Assembly: GCA_951406725.2 (NCBI GenBank)
Contig: OX597836.1
Span: 35,402,001-35,466,000, forward strand
DNA: 64,000 nucleotides
Direction: 5' to 3'
Source of the DNA: Octopus vulgaris
Lineage: Eukaryota
A model generated the notes under the pieces. The model was not told where the DNA came from and did no database searches. It was given only the letters and a program-made list of their open reading frames with translations. The position numbers were made by a program, and so were the translations under genes. Each line of letters starts with the position of its first letter. The stretch's first letter is position 1. Of the stretch, positions 31,098 through 45,448 are shown piece after piece.

Positions 31098-31192
31098 GTA
31101 GTAATAATAATAATAATAACAACAAAAACAACAACAACAACAACATCGAAAAATACCTTAGGAATGAGAAACCAGGTTCGAAATTTCCCCAA

Positions 31193-31238
31193 GACACCTG
31201 ATGAAGGCTGGAGGATATATCAGCCGAAACGTTGGGTT
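31193..31238 (+). ncRNA. hammerhead ribozyme motif, right arm
   Basis: GACAC-CTGATGA-a-GGCTG-gaggatatat-CAGCC-GAAA-cg-TT-GGGTT; perfect 5-bp stem II, palindromic ACGT stem III, one stem I mismatch. Confidence 0.78.
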
Positions 31239-31804
31239 AAGAACAAGCAAAATGAGGGCAAATATCCGTCAATTGTAGATAACGTAAATAATGTACATAA
31301 TTCGTCCTCTCTTAAGTATAGAACTGTATTACCTTTTCAGTGGAGATGAGACAGTATTATATCGGGAAAGAGTATTTTTAAGATCTTTTGTTACGATTGA
31401 ATAAAGTCTGAAGTAACATTAACGGTGTCAAAGATAAACTAAATCTTTTTATTTATGGAAAAGTTTTAGGAACTCTGAAATTGAAAGAAATGTGGTGTAC
31501 CACATTGATATACACCGTAGACTGAAAGTTATAATTAACTATATACTATTGTACAGACTATTTTTGTTGTGTTGTGTACAATGCCTGTATTGATAATGGT
31601 TTACTACACAAGGCTCCGGTATTTTGCAACGTTACTAGCCATCCTTCAAATCAGCTTTATAGTAAATGGAATTTAAAAGCTTCTAAAAAACATCTATTCT
31701 TCGGCATCTTGTACGATAGCAACGATAAAGGAATACTGCAAACAGGAAGAAAAAAGGCGATGTATTAAACACACATACGTACACATGCACAAACTCATAT
31801 ATAC

Positions 31805-32390
31805 ATTTCTTTACTAGCCACAAGGGCCTAAACACAGAGGGGACGAACAAGGACAAACAAACGGATTAAGTCAATTCCATCGACCCCAGTGCGTAACTGG
31901 CACTTTGCCTTTCATCCTTTCGGGGTCGATAAATTAAGTACCAGTTACGCACTGGAGTCGATATAATCGACTTAATCCGTTTGTCTGTCCTTGTTTGTCC
32001 CCTCTGTGTTTATCCCCTTGTGGGTAGAAATGAAATAGGCATTTCGTCTGCCGTTACTTTCTGAGTCCTAATTCCTTCGAGGTCGACTTCGCCTTTCATC
32101 CTTTCGGAGTCGATTAAATAAGTACCAGTTACGCACTGGGGTGGATGTAATCGACTTAATATCTTTGTCTGTCCTTGTTTGTCCTCTGTGTGTGTAGCCC
32201 CTTGTGGGCAGTAAAGAGATAGGTATTTCGTTTGTCTTTACGTTCTGAGTTCAAATTCCGCCGAGGTCGACTTTGCCTTTTATTCTTTCGGGGTCTATAA
32301 ATTAAGTACCAGGTGTGTACTGATGCTGATCTGATAGACTGTCCCCCTCTCCCAAAATTTCGGGACTTGTGCCTAGAGTAGAAAAGTATA
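31805..32390. mobile_element. rearranged SINE A cluster: inverted tail fragment followed by headless tandem bodies
   Basis: Minus-strand tail ~31805-31900 abuts plus-strand CTTTGCCTTTCATCC at ~31903; further bodies follow. Confidence 0.8.
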
Positions 32391-32634
32391 TTTTAGGAAG
32401 GTGCACGATCTCTGACCTTGTCAGTCATCGGCAGATGGGCCGAAACAAGTGGTACCTTCACAAAACACAAGTCATGTCAAGAGCCACTGAGCCATTAGTG
32501 AAGAATATCAAGAGAGTACTGGTACTAAACACTGTATTATTAAATTACATTCAGCATTATCATACTCAGAGAATAATTGCAATATTTGTTTATCTATCTA
32601 TATATCTATCTATCTATACTATACATACACACAT

Positions 32635-32682
<48 letters not shown>

Positions 32683-32801
32683 GTCTTAAAAATATCCCTT
32701 CAAAGGTCTAATCTTGAATATACGTCTGTACTTTCTGTGTAATCTAATACGTAAATTCATATTTCTATGCATATATTGGACTCTAAGGCCGTTTATATAT
32801 A

Positions 32802-32884
<83 letters not shown>

Positions 32885-33151
32885 CGATCATATAGAATTA
32901 AACAGTATTTCTTAAAGAAATGAAAGATAAATACATTTTTCTATCTATTTACTCTATTTTTTTATCTTAGGTTTTTAACATGATAAATGTCTTATAGACG
33001 CCTGGTCCTACTTTTTAAGTTTCAAATTTAGTTAACGGAGTTTCTTTTATAAGAAGAATCATGTTTTTATTTCTTTGAGAAATACTGTTTAATTCTATTT
33101 GATTATTTATTTAAAATATGTATTTATCTAACTATTATTGTTATTATTGTT

Positions 33152-33253
33152 GACCTGAGGACTGAATATGCTTTTAAATTGAATTGTTTTGGGATTAAAT
33201 TTAAACTTAATTGTAATTCGAATTGAAGTTATAGCCACGAAACGTACGTAGTC
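33152..33253 (+). ncRNA. hammerhead ribozyme motif with long stem II
   Basis: GAC-CTGAGGA-(77-nt imperfect hairpin)-GAAA-CGTACG-TA-GTC; stem I GAC/GTC, palindromic stem III. Confidence 0.65.
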
Positions 33254-34297
33254 TTTTTACTTGTAATATAATGTTTATTCATTTTGTTGTACTTTTTGTG
33301 ATCTAGATATATGTTTTATAATATATTTTATTTTTTCTATATGATATGGTGTATGTCTATCATTGTTTGAATTACATAATAGTGATTTTCTCTAATTTAT
33401 ATATATATATATATGCATACACACACATATATATATATATATAAATGTGTGTGTGTGTTGATATATACATATCAGCACGTGTTTGTGTATGTATGCGTGC
33501 CGATATCTCTTCTATGCCAATGAATATATATTATGCGTATGTGTGTAAGAGTATATAAGCATAAACGGTTTGTCTATATGCTTCTATATGTAGTATGCGT
33601 TTTATACATGATTCATAATAAAAATGGGGATGAATGTGTGTGCTTTCTGTGCTCGTTCAATTTCTATAAGGTCTTTAATCATCAGCACCCACTTGATTTA
33701 ATAATCCGTTAATACTCAACAATTATTGTAAATAATGTTTTAACCTCTCTTTGCTTTGAGAATCTTTCGATTTAGCTATCCATTCTGTTAATATTGTAAT
33801 CTCTGTGATCTTTGTAAAAAATTTCAAATTAAAAGAATTCTCTATTTCACTTAAATATGTTCTGTTCTTACCATTTCAAATATGCGTTTGGACTCCTAAA
33901 AATGCCATGGAGAAAATATCTCGCTGCAGACAGAATGGTGTTAATACACCAATATCTGTAGACCGTGAGTTGCAAACATTTCGGAGTAGTTATCAACTCT
34001 TCGCTCACAGACACTGGCAAGGTGGAGCTGCGAAATGATTAAAGAGATTGTTTATCTTATAATATTTCAGCGACTGTACGGTGACTGATTAGTGCTATGC
34101 GGCGGCTGACCGTAATTCACTTAACTGTATCTGAAGAAGTGTTGACGAAGTATTACAAAACACGAACCAGATCTAATGAGTTTTTAATTATCCTTGAAAC
34201 ACGTGTGATGATGTTATCATGAAATAAATTGAAACTGTAATCTCCAGTCTCCAATATACACGCACACATACTCAAACACACACATATAGATATTTGT

Positions 34298-34336
<39 letters not shown>

Positions 34337-36211
34337 TGTATGTCTGTGTATGAGTTTCTGACGAGTTTTTTTTATATATCTACATGCATACATTTAAATG
34401 TATGCATTTTGAAGAGAGAAAACATAAAACAAGATGGAATATTTTGTCAGTAGATTCACACGAAATTATAAATCATTTTTAAATGCATGTTTTTTTTCCT
34501 GTATTTTTTTCCCTTCTTTTGTTTTTGCAGCATGTACATGATGTATAATCCAGTAGTTAAATATAATTCTCTTTATCGTTATTACTGAAATAGTTTTCTG
34601 CTATGCGACACAAAGCTGTTTTCCATTCCGAAGATGACTTGAAAAATATATTCATGATAATATTATCTAATCGGCTGGCATTCCTCGAGCGAAAACACAT
34701 CTGTTTGTAGTTTCCTGTTTTTGTTCTATCAAAATATGAAAAAAGAGAAGCCAGGAAAATAAAAAGTGAAGAACAATGAAAAATAAAAAAGAAATACATA
34801 TAAAAAAAAAAGCTCTCTTATAAGATTCCAAATTATCCTTCGTATGATATATTTGCAAGAAAACATGTTTTCTTGTCTAGCGGCCTACATCTTCGTCTGT
34901 TTTTGACGATATGCCATTTTGGCTCCGTAGATAATCTGATAGTTTGCTACAGGGAAAAGAAAAAACAGATTAGTTTTTTAAACAACTTAATTATATAAAA
35001 AAAAAGATGAATAAACGAAGAACTACAACTAATATGATCGTGTCCTTACTGTTTTTTTCTAGTATTATAGAATTTTCCGTTTGTTTATTATTGGGAGAAA
35101 TAATTAACTTGAAAGGAATGTGTCTTGAAATTTTAATATACTTTCTTCAATGGAGACAAAAGTTAAGCTGGTGCGATGTTTATCAAACATCAAACATTGG
35201 AAAGACGAAATATATGAATCCATTGAGTAAACACAGTCTTCTGAAATTTAATCCAATCTTGTAATGACGATGTTTGTTATTTTTTGTATAGTGAAAAACA
35301 TGTATTTGACACTTTCTCCGCCGGTTTGCGAGTTACACAAAGAACTTAAAAGTTTCTAAAACAAGATTAATATACCGAAGCCAAGATAACAAGAACAAAC
35401 CACTGTAATAACAACGATTATTTATAACTTTGGTACAAAGCCAGAAATTTGCCGCAAAGATATTGTTGATCATATCATCTCTAGCACTGGACAGCTGCTT
35501 TATTTTATCGCCCACGAAAGAATGAAACGGAATCTATGAACTTTTCCTGTTTGGGAGGAGGGCTATCTTGTTGAGGGTAGAAAGGGCTCCTTAGCCGTAG
35601 TGAAGGCAATCTATCTAGGGAGATAACCTTACAATAAATCACTCGGTCCGTAGCTTAGAAATACTGGGTTGACGTCCAGCGGGAACAGCTTTGTTTCATG
35701 GAGGAGGTAAGATCTTCTTTAGTACTTGGTTGTACAATGCTTTCCAATGTGTGTAGTAGTGGCGCGCGCACACATTATTAGCCATTTGAAAAGACTATGA
35801 AAGTCTCGACTACGGTCGAACAATGATGATGGTGATGATCTTGTTGAGAATCTGAACTAGATTTTCTGGTTCTACATAGATCAGAACAGTTAAGCCCGAA
35901 GTAGTTTTCCTAACAGCACCTTTTCATGCCAGGATTATGCATACTTTTCTGTAAGGAAATGCATGTTTACAGGCGTCAGAGATTCTGTTCTGGTTGCACA
36001 TTCATTACAACTCAGTGCCCCACGAAAGATGAACTTTTCACCCCTAATCACGACAATCAAGTGCTTCCGTACGTTAGTTTATGGAAGGAATCTTATTTCC
36101 GTTGTCATCGTCTGGGGCATGAGTCGAAGGGTATCTTGCTCAGTAATGCCCTTGGTCACATCCCTACTTGGTTTTTCTTGCAGCTCTTTCTATTCGACGG
36201 TATTTTAAATC

Positions 36212-36620
36212 CAGCTGGCAGAATCGTTAGAACGCCGGGCGAAATGCTTAGCAGTATTTCGTCTGCCGTTACGTACTGAGTTCAAATTCCGCCCAGGTCG
36301 ACTTTGCCTTTCATCCATTCGGGGTCGATAAATTCAGTACCAGTTACGCACTGGGATCGATGTAATCCACTTAATCCGTTTGTCTGTCCTTGTTTGTCCC
36401 CTCTGTGTTTAGCCCCTTGTGGGTAATAAAGAAATAGGTATTTCGTCTGCCGTTACGTTCTGAGTTCAAATTTCGCCGAGGTCGACTTTGCCTTTCATCC
36501 ATTCGGGGTCGATAAATTCAGTACCAGTTACGGACTGGGATCGATGTAATCGACCTAATCCGTTTGTCTGTCCTTGTTTGTGCCTTCTGTGTTTAGCCCC
36601 TTGTGGGTAGTAAAGAAATA
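36212..36620 (+). mobile_element. SINE family A dimer, 13-bp TSD
   Basis: GGTATTTTAAATC at 36199-36211 and 36621-36633. Confidence 0.9.
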
Positions 36621-36956
36621 GGTATTTTAAATCACGAACTTCAGAGCCGATTTCGCGAAGAACACAAGAACGTAAATAAGGAGATCTTTCTACTGTCATT
36701 CTAAATGACTTTTTGGGTGACACACAACTCTGACAGTTTCTGTAGAAAATGGACAGCGCAATCACAATTACAGCACATTTAGTGTGGCAGCTGTACATAC
36801 TGACATCGTTGCTGCTACTAAAAATCGTTTCTATTGTGGATGCAGTCACGGTAGCATACGTAGTGACGGTCATGAGCATAAATGCAAAGGACAAAGCAAA
36901 TAACAGTTTGTGCAATACTTTAGAAAAAAGGAAAGCACGTTGTACTCAACAAAAGC

Positions 36957-37039
<83 letters not shown>

Positions 37040-37288
37040 CCTTTCTACTATAGGCTATAAGCACAAGGCCTGAAACTTTGAGGGAGGGGTTAAGACGATT
37101 GCATCGACTCCAGTACTCTGCTGGTACTTAATTTATCGACCCCGTAAATTGATCTCGCCTGAATTTGAACTCGAGGTGGACTTTGCCTTTCATCCTTTCT
37201 GGGTCGATAAATTAAGTCCGAGTGGAATTCTGGGATCGATATAATTGACTTAACCTCTCCCCCAAAATTTCAGGCCTTGTGCCAAATA

Positions 37289-37342
<54 letters not shown>

Positions 37343-37344
<2 letters not shown>

Positions 37345-37418
37345 CCTGTTGTCTCTTGAGGTCTCTGGGTGAGACTTGGAGCCAACTTGTACAAACATAA
37401 AGCAAAAGTCAAACATAC
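37343..37418 (+). mobile_element. extreme 3' end of the R4/Dong-like element, inside (TAA)n
   Basis: CTGTTGTCTCTTGAGGTCTCTGGG.GAGACTT matches ~56792-56823; (TAA)n on both sides. Confidence 0.8.
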
Positions 37419-37467
<49 letters not shown>

Positions 37468-38031
37468 TGTTTATTGTTAGCCGCGAGGGATCAATGAGGT
37501 ACGTAGAAATACAGTGAACTTTAAAGAAAATAGTACCCTGCCAATATCTTGGCAAGGCCCAGGTATGTTACCATCTTCTTCTTGAGCACCTCTGTGATAG
37601 CATGTAACAGGCCGTCCTTCGTCTTGGGAACAAAATGCTGTCAGACTTTAGTTCCTTCAGCAAACTGTTTCATATTTAAGTTTGTTCTTGTTAGAAGTAC
37701 ACCCAGGAACGATTATTTTTTTGTGTAGTGTTCGGCACAGTTTTCGTTTGACTTCTATGCATATGTGTATCTTGTTGACGTTTTTGTTGTCTCTGTTCAT
37801 ACATTTTCTTGAAATCGGTATATATTTACGAAAAAGTCGTCACTTGTAGGAGTGGCTGTATGGTAAGTAGCTTCCTTACTTCCGGTTACCCAGAATGCAA
37901 CACTTGTTGGTCTGGAGTGTTCAGTCCCACTGTGTGGCACCTCAGGCAAGTATCTTCTACTACAGCATCGGGCTCACCAAAGAGATTTGGTAGATGGAAA
38001 CTGAAAGAAGCCCGTCATATATATATATATT

Positions 38032-38066
<35 letters not shown>

Positions 38067-39110
38067 CTGTGTTTGTCTCCCCATCATCGCTTGACAAACG
38101 ATGCTGGTGTGTTTACGTCCCCTTAACTTAGCGGTTTGGCAAGGGAGACCGATAGAACAAGTACTAGGCTTGCAAAGAATAAGTCCTGGGGTCGATTTGC
38201 TCGACTAAAGACGGTGCTCCTCCAGCATGGCCGCAGTCAAATGGCTGAAACAAGTAAAAGAGTAAAAGAGTAAAAAGAGTTGCAACATGTACAGCACAAC
38301 CTAGAACACTTAATAGCATATTAATTCTTTACATACCTATAAATGGCAGTACCCCAGCATGGCCACAACTCGTTAGCGGAAACTAGATAAAATAAAATAA
38401 AATACAGATCCAGGTGCAAAATATGCATCATAGAGAGTCAGCGTGCTCATCACGCCCAGCTCATCGAAGTACGGCATTCTGAGACATCGGTGTTTCGACA
38501 TGCTATCTCCCGTCAGCCAAAAACTCCCAGAAATCTGAGCCTAAACAAAGCCGTTTATTTTCTTATACTTTCGTCGAACAAATAGCTTCCTGATCGGTGC
38601 TTATATCTGCGGATTGATAAAAATTGTTATCTGCACCGTGCACAGTGAGACATGGAAAGATTAATTGTATATTTATTTTTAACATGTCTAGGCTGGTTCA
38701 GACGCAAAATATGCTGATCGTCGTAGTGTATGTCACAGGAGAATAACTTTTGCATTTTATGACGAGAATGTGTTCAACACACTCGGCTCATTGACGCTCT
38801 TTTATTGCATGAAGCTATTATTGACTTGGAGTTGAAGTTAGAAAATGAAGTAGAAATGGAATTATTAAAAAAAAAAACTAAACAAAATAACTTTGTCTCC
38901 TACCTGAGTACAAGGTATTCTTTCAAAATGATTAATGAAATTCTCTGCTTGAAATGGTGTTCAAAACGGAAAGTATTGTCTTCGATTACACTAGGAAATC
39001 AGGCACGTTGAACGAATCAACTGCAGATGAGAGAAGTTATAATAATAGCAGTGATATCATTCATAACAATGGTAGAAGCAAATAATAATAATAATAATAA
39101 TCATAATAAA

Positions 39111-39164
<54 letters not shown>

Positions 39165-39166
39165 TA

Positions 39167-39197
<31 letters not shown>

Positions 39198-39599
39198 AAG
39201 AAGAAGAAGAACTCCTTTTGTTGGCTTAAAGACGCCATCATTTATTGAGCAAGAATGATATAGAGAAACAAGAAAATTACATTGAATAAAAAGGCGAAAT
39301 TTTAGCATTAAAAATACAGAGTAATAATAAAAGAACATCAATAAAAAAAAAACAATAAAATAACCACTGGAACAAAAAGTACGGCAATTTGAAGAACAGC
39401 ACACAAATCTCCGGAATACACTGTATTAACAAAAATATATAGGGATTTATAACATAGGAGCAAAATTCTTCAGAACATAAGAGAGAGATTTATTTGATTA
39501 TATCAGCCACGTAATTTGATTGGTTCTATTATTTTAGCGAATAACGGAAAGATCTCAGTGAAATGTGTTCTTGAAATATATTCCCTCTCTTTCTTCCGA

Positions 39600-39990
39600 T
39601 GTGTCCCCAAAGTCCATCCCCTCCTCACCGTGGTGGGGACGCTGGAAACGGGTAGTGTCAGAGCTATGCCGTCAGGGACTTCGGTTCCTGGTAGGGCCAC
39701 CCAAGGCGGATTGGTCTGACACCGAGTGGTATTAGGGCCACAACCCGGCAGACGGGGCTCTGGTGAAAATCTTCGGAGTGTCTGCTTCGGCAACCGGAGG
39801 CTCCTCGGTCGTTCTGTCCCTGCGTCTGCGGACAATCTGCGGCAAACAGGATGTCTCCACATGCGGGATTGTTGGAGACCGCTTGTGAAATACACATATT
39901 CCCACGAAACTTCTTCCATGAGTAGAAGAAGCCGACTCAACCCGCTACAAGTACAAGTAAGTAGTTCCGATGCTGCCAATCCACGGCCCA
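39600..39990 (+). mobile_element. probable orphan 5' UTR of an RTE-clade LINE (GC-rich, structured)
   Basis: CACCGTGGTGGGG...GAGCTATGCCGTCAGGG...CCTGGTAGGGCCACCCA resembles RTE/Expander-type 5' ends as recalled; not searched. Confidence 0.5.
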
Positions 39991-41126
39991 GAAACAATAT
40001 TGACCCCCACCCAATGTTCTATTGGTTCTTATTTAATCGACACTCAAAGGATAAAAGGCAGAATCGGAATCGGCGGAATTTGAACTCAGAGCGTAAAGAC
40101 GGACAAAATGCAGCTGAGCGTCTCGCCCAGTGTGCTAACGATTCCATTAGCTCGCCAGATTTTTTTAAAAGTTGCCAGGAGACGACTACAGAAAATCGAA
40201 CAACCTACCGTCAGATACCGGATGGTACGTGTTCTGTACCATTAAACTAAGCGGTCTCTGACCAACCTGACAATAAAATTGTTGTTGTCTGTTCCTTCTT
40301 GAGCCACGCCTGGCTCATAAGGGCCGGTTACCCGGTTTCCTTGGCGTACAGGTTCCCCACGTGGACGGGATGCCAGTCCGTCACAGGAAAGAGGGAGAGA
40401 AAGTTGTGGCGAAAGAGTCGGCAGAAGTTCGCCATTACCTTCTGCCGGAGCCGCGTGTAGCTCAGGTGTTTCATTCATAAACACACACATCACCCGGTCT
40501 GAGATTCGAACCCACGGTCCCTCGACCACGAGTCTGCTGCTCTAACCACTAGGCCAAGTACCTCTACGATAATAACATTAGAAATCGTAATAAGGCGGTG
40601 GACGACAGGTAAATACTTAGCGGCAATTCGTCAGTTTTTACGTTCTGAGTTCAAATTCCGCCAAGATCGACTTTGCTTTCCATCCTTTCTGGATCGATAG
40701 GTTAAGTACAATTGAAACACTGGGGTTGATGTAATCGACTAGTTTTGTCCCCGAACATTTCAGACCTTGTGCCTTTAGTAGAAAGGATTATTATTATTAT
40801 TCAAGCTGGCTGAAAGGTGGCAAGCTGGCAGAACCGTTAGTACGCCGAGCAGAATAGACCTCGGTGAAATTTGAACTCAGAACGTAAAGACGGACGAAAT
40901 GCTACTGATTATCTCATCCATCGTGCTAACGATTCTGCCAGCAGCTCACCAGATTTTTTTTTAAGTTGCTAGGAGATACATTATTTACATTATTTACATT
41001 TGACGGATATTTGTCCTCATCTTGTTTGTTGTTAACAAAACGTTTCGGCCGATATACCTTCCAGTTTTCATCGGGTGTCTTGAGGAAATTTTCAACGTGG
41101 CTTCTCATTCCTAACGTATTTTTCGA

Positions 41127-41199
<73 letters not shown>

Positions 41200-43138
41200 G
41201 AGGTAACTGCTCCTGAAGATATAGAGTCAAAATTAAAAGAAGAGTGCCATTGTTATCTAGTGAACGGTATTTCGACATCTTGTGTGTCTTCAATTGGCTC
41301 AGAAAATAAATTTGTCAATCTACTACATTTTGGTTAATATAGAAAGGATTGAGGTAAGTCCTCCGGAAGATATAGAGTTTTGCCTTAAGTAGAAATGCTT
41401 ATTATTATTATTCCAACTGGCAGAACTGTTAGCACACCGGGCAAAATGCCTAGCGGCATTTCGTTCGTCTTTACGCTCTGGGTTCAAATACCGCCGAGGT
41501 CAACTCTACTTTTTATCATTTTGGTGTCGATAAAATAAGTACCAGTTGAACACTGGGGTCGATGTAATCGACTTTGACCCTCCATTGTAATTCTATTACC
41601 CCCTCCCCATAAATTCTGGCATTGTCCCAAAATTTGAAACTAATTATTATCATAATTGACCATATTACAAGAAATGCATGCTGATGGTGTTTAATTACGT
41701 ATAGAAAGAAACAGTAATCAATTACGAAGTGTTGTCTTCTGGCTTTGCACATGACTTTTCTTTTGTCTTCTGTTAATCTTAGATTTTACTTTTGTTTTAC
41801 AAATTTCTATATTTCGTACGTTTTTATAAAACTTTATATCATTGGATTTTTTTTTCCTGAAAAATAAATTGAATTCGTTTTTACATAAAAATTTGAATCA
41901 TGTTCTAATTTTGTTCTTTTTAATATAATGCAGTAAAAAACATATAGAAAATTTTACACATGAAAAAGAATTGCTTTCCTAGTTTTCATGCTTAGTTTTA
42001 ATTAAAATTTCTTTAAAGAAAAGTAAAGAAGACAACGAAACATTTCTTTTGAGACAGAAATGAAATAAACCCAAATTTATATTGAATTCTGAGCAATAAT
42101 TTGCATAGCTAAAACTAATGAATCATTTTCTAAATGAAACAATAAAGAGAATTTACAATGAAATTGGATCAACATAAATACAAAATTATTTGTACAAATA
42201 AAATATGTCCGCTCCCACCCTACCAGAGAGAGAAAAAAGAATTATTATAATTAACTACTAATTATTCCTGAATAAATGTAAAAAGTTCAAATGATATCGA
42301 TTAATTCTATATAATTAAAATATTGCTCAGGAAGCAATCTATCTCTGTGAAGTTTGCATACGTGTTGGGGTAGTTAGTTGAATGATGAATAACCTTTAGT
42401 TCCACATGCATTTTGAATTAGAATCCTCTCCAAGTTTGTATTCAGCATTGCTGGACTGAGTTCAATTTGCTAGTTTTTAAGATTTGTTAGCGCTTAGCAC
42501 AATTTGTAGTGCACGCGTTGATGTTCAATTTGTTTTTGTTGATATAACGTGTATCTGAATGACACATGTCAAAATGAATTGCTTTAGTTACACTGCAAGA
42601 AGAGGAAATCATTTCCTACAAAACAAAGGACAGCCGTTGTAGACTGAGACACGATTATGTTAAGAATCTGTGACAATTAAACAATTTTTTAAATAATGAA
42701 AGGATAATAGATTTTGATAGGTTATGCAGTAAGGAGAGTGTGTGGGTCTACTTAAATTAATGCTATAGATTTTCAATTTGAATAGATATCTGTTAATATT
42801 CCATTGGAATTAAATTAATGGAACGAGTATTTAGAAAGTTGAAGCTCTGAGGAGTGAAGATTAGACACAGGATTTAGAACATGTGCATGCAAAGCAACGG
42901 AGACTAGGGGAGGGTCACCGGCGAGTGGAAAACTTCGGGGTGACGACAAGTTTACTAGTTTGTATCGGGGGAATAAGATGAGTGTTTTGTTTCCGATAGA
43001 GATATGAGCAGATTAAGGTAACAATGCATCTTTGGGTGAGTTATCTATCAAAGCCCAATAACTTCTGAATGGAATGGGGTAAACGGAAACTGTTCGGTAA
43101 ACTATTGCATACGTACATATAAGCATACGAAAACACAA

Positions 43139-43204
<66 letters not shown>

Positions 43205-43347
43205 ACACACACACAAATGCATGTGAAACTAAAGGTTATTCATCATTCAACCAATCTACCCCAACACGTATGCAAATTTCACAGAGATAGGTTGCTTCCT
43301 GAGCAATATTTTATAGAATTAATCGATACCATTTGGACACACACTCA

Positions 43348-43413
<66 letters not shown>

Positions 43414-43468
43414 CACACACACACTCATACATGCACACACAAGCATGAATACATGTATGTATATATAT

Positions 43469-43683
43469 GACGAGTTGCTACAAAGTTCCTGGCTTTAAGG
43501 TTATGGCGAAAGGTCGGGTTGTAGGCCCGCAGTTGCGAGTTCTTCTACAGATCTTAGAAAAAAGGAAGGACTGCTGCAATAAGTGTGCAAATCTGAGAGT
43601 GAAACATGTTGAATAAAATCATAATTAACTGATCCTCCTGTATTTTCTTTTACCTGAACCCGGGAACTTTTCAGCACACCCTC

Positions 43684-43684
<1 letters not shown>
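43469..43684. mobile_element. Tc1/mariner-type MITE (~215 bp)
   Basis: Imperfect TIRs (..GTTGCTACAAAGTTCC / GGAACTTTTCAGCACACCCTCG), TA flanks; fragments at ~27050, 51832-51940, 53925-53997. Confidence 0.7.
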
Positions 43685-43744
<60 letters not shown>

Positions 43745-44379
43745 TATATACATACATACATACATACATACATTTATATATATATACTGTTAACGTGCTT
43801 TACTCAACACACTAATTGACATATACCCATTAGTCCCCCCCCACACACATATTGATATTAGTACTGGTACCGATTCATTGTATGAAGAGAATTCCAAGGT
43901 ACATATATTCCATCCGAGTGTTATGCTCTCTCATCACAAGTTCCTTGCTACAGTTCAATCATAGAATACATTTCAGCCATCCCCAAATACCTGTAATATT
44001 CTTCATGAGATATCAGAGAAAGAAGTTACTAACAAAGACGTTGCCAGACTAGCTTATAGATATCGTCTTCTAATCACGTAGGAAAATTCATTGCAGACAA
44101 AGTTCATTTCGATATACTTTGGGAATGTAATAACCAGTTAAAAGATCTTTCTGATAACATTCATATTCTTTTCATATAGCTTTAAGCTGTTTACATAAAA
44201 TCAATGTATGAAGTTGATGTTTGTATCTCAGACGGAGCCTGTTATATTTTCTTCAGAATTTCTATTAGAAATGACAAGTTCTTCTATCTTTTATCTATTG
44301 CTTGTTTCAGTCATTAGACTGCGACCATGTTGGAGCATCGGCTTCAAGAAATTTTAGACGAATGAATCAACACCAGTAC

Positions 44380-44410
<31 letters not shown>

Positions 44411-44411
44411 T

Positions 44412-44965
44412 GAGTGAGAGAGCAGTGCATGCCATCAAAGTGACACTAGGGTAAAATATACGAAGCCCAATAAACCCATCATGACTACCCGTCTGATAAG
44501 GGTACACTAGGCACATGCATTACAACCATATGTGCGCGACATGGTGATCTCATATCAAGATAAACAGCACATGACCTTGTAGGTGGGGCCCAGTTAGAAT
44601 TTTCTTCTGGTTGAGTAGCCCATCCCACTCAAAAGGTTCCTGAATAAGGGTTGTTTAAGGATGTTGAACGAAACAACCATGTTTCCAGTGGTGAATTATT
44701 CAAACCCCCAAAGAATCCCTCTCAACACATGGCTATGATGCTCCCCCACTACTTCTGCTCATGATCAGAGATGCACATATCGTCAGCCACTAAGGGACAT
44801 GCTCAACTGGTTAAGGTCAAACAACTGACAAACAAATCTGTGGTATTGAGCAGAATATTTGCTGTAGCCCATCTTTTATACCAAGACATAACAATGTACA
44901 TGATAACACTTCCAATCAGTTAAGATCAGAAGCCATGAGAGCCACTGCCTGGTACTGCATCAGGG

Positions 44966-44968
<3 letters not shown>
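44412..44968 (-). mobile_element. second copy of the (TAA)n-inserted 556-bp element, nested in SINE B
   Basis: Reverse complement of 30457-31012 with scattered substitutions; (TTA)n on both sides. Confidence 0.88.
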
Positions 44969-45002
<34 letters not shown>

Positions 45003-45363
45003 TTGAAGTATTGTACTTTTTCTATCGTCCCTTTTGTCAAACCACTAAGTTGCGTGGACGTAAACACACCAGCACCGGTTGTCAAGCAGTGGCGGGAAAC
45101 AAAGACAGACACAAAATTACAAACACACGTGAAGACACACGCACATACACACACACTCACTCTCTCTTTCTCACTCTCTAACACAACTCTATCTCTCTCA
45201 TACACACGCACATACGTGTATATATCTAATATATATATATAGATACAAATACCTCTGCCCGATCAAAGCCATGTGAGTTGATTTGGTAGACGGAAACTGA
45301 AAGAAGTCCGTTGAACCTATATATCTATCTATCTATCTAACTATCTACCTATCTTTCTATCTA

Positions 45364-45448
<85 letters not shown>

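Noticed and set aside
36466-36915. 149-aa minus ORF with a hydrophobic, signal-peptide-like start
   Set aside because: Starts at a non-ATG codon, runs into a SINE, and shows no recognisable domain or splice support.
38408-38584. Possible coding exon (unique sequence, one open frame after CAG)
   Set aside because: No polypyrimidine tract before the AG and no recognisable peptide.
39503-40250. Overlapping 164/174-aa ORFs
   Set aside because: Explained by GC-rich retroelement UTR-like sequence plus a SINE; no protein motif recognised.
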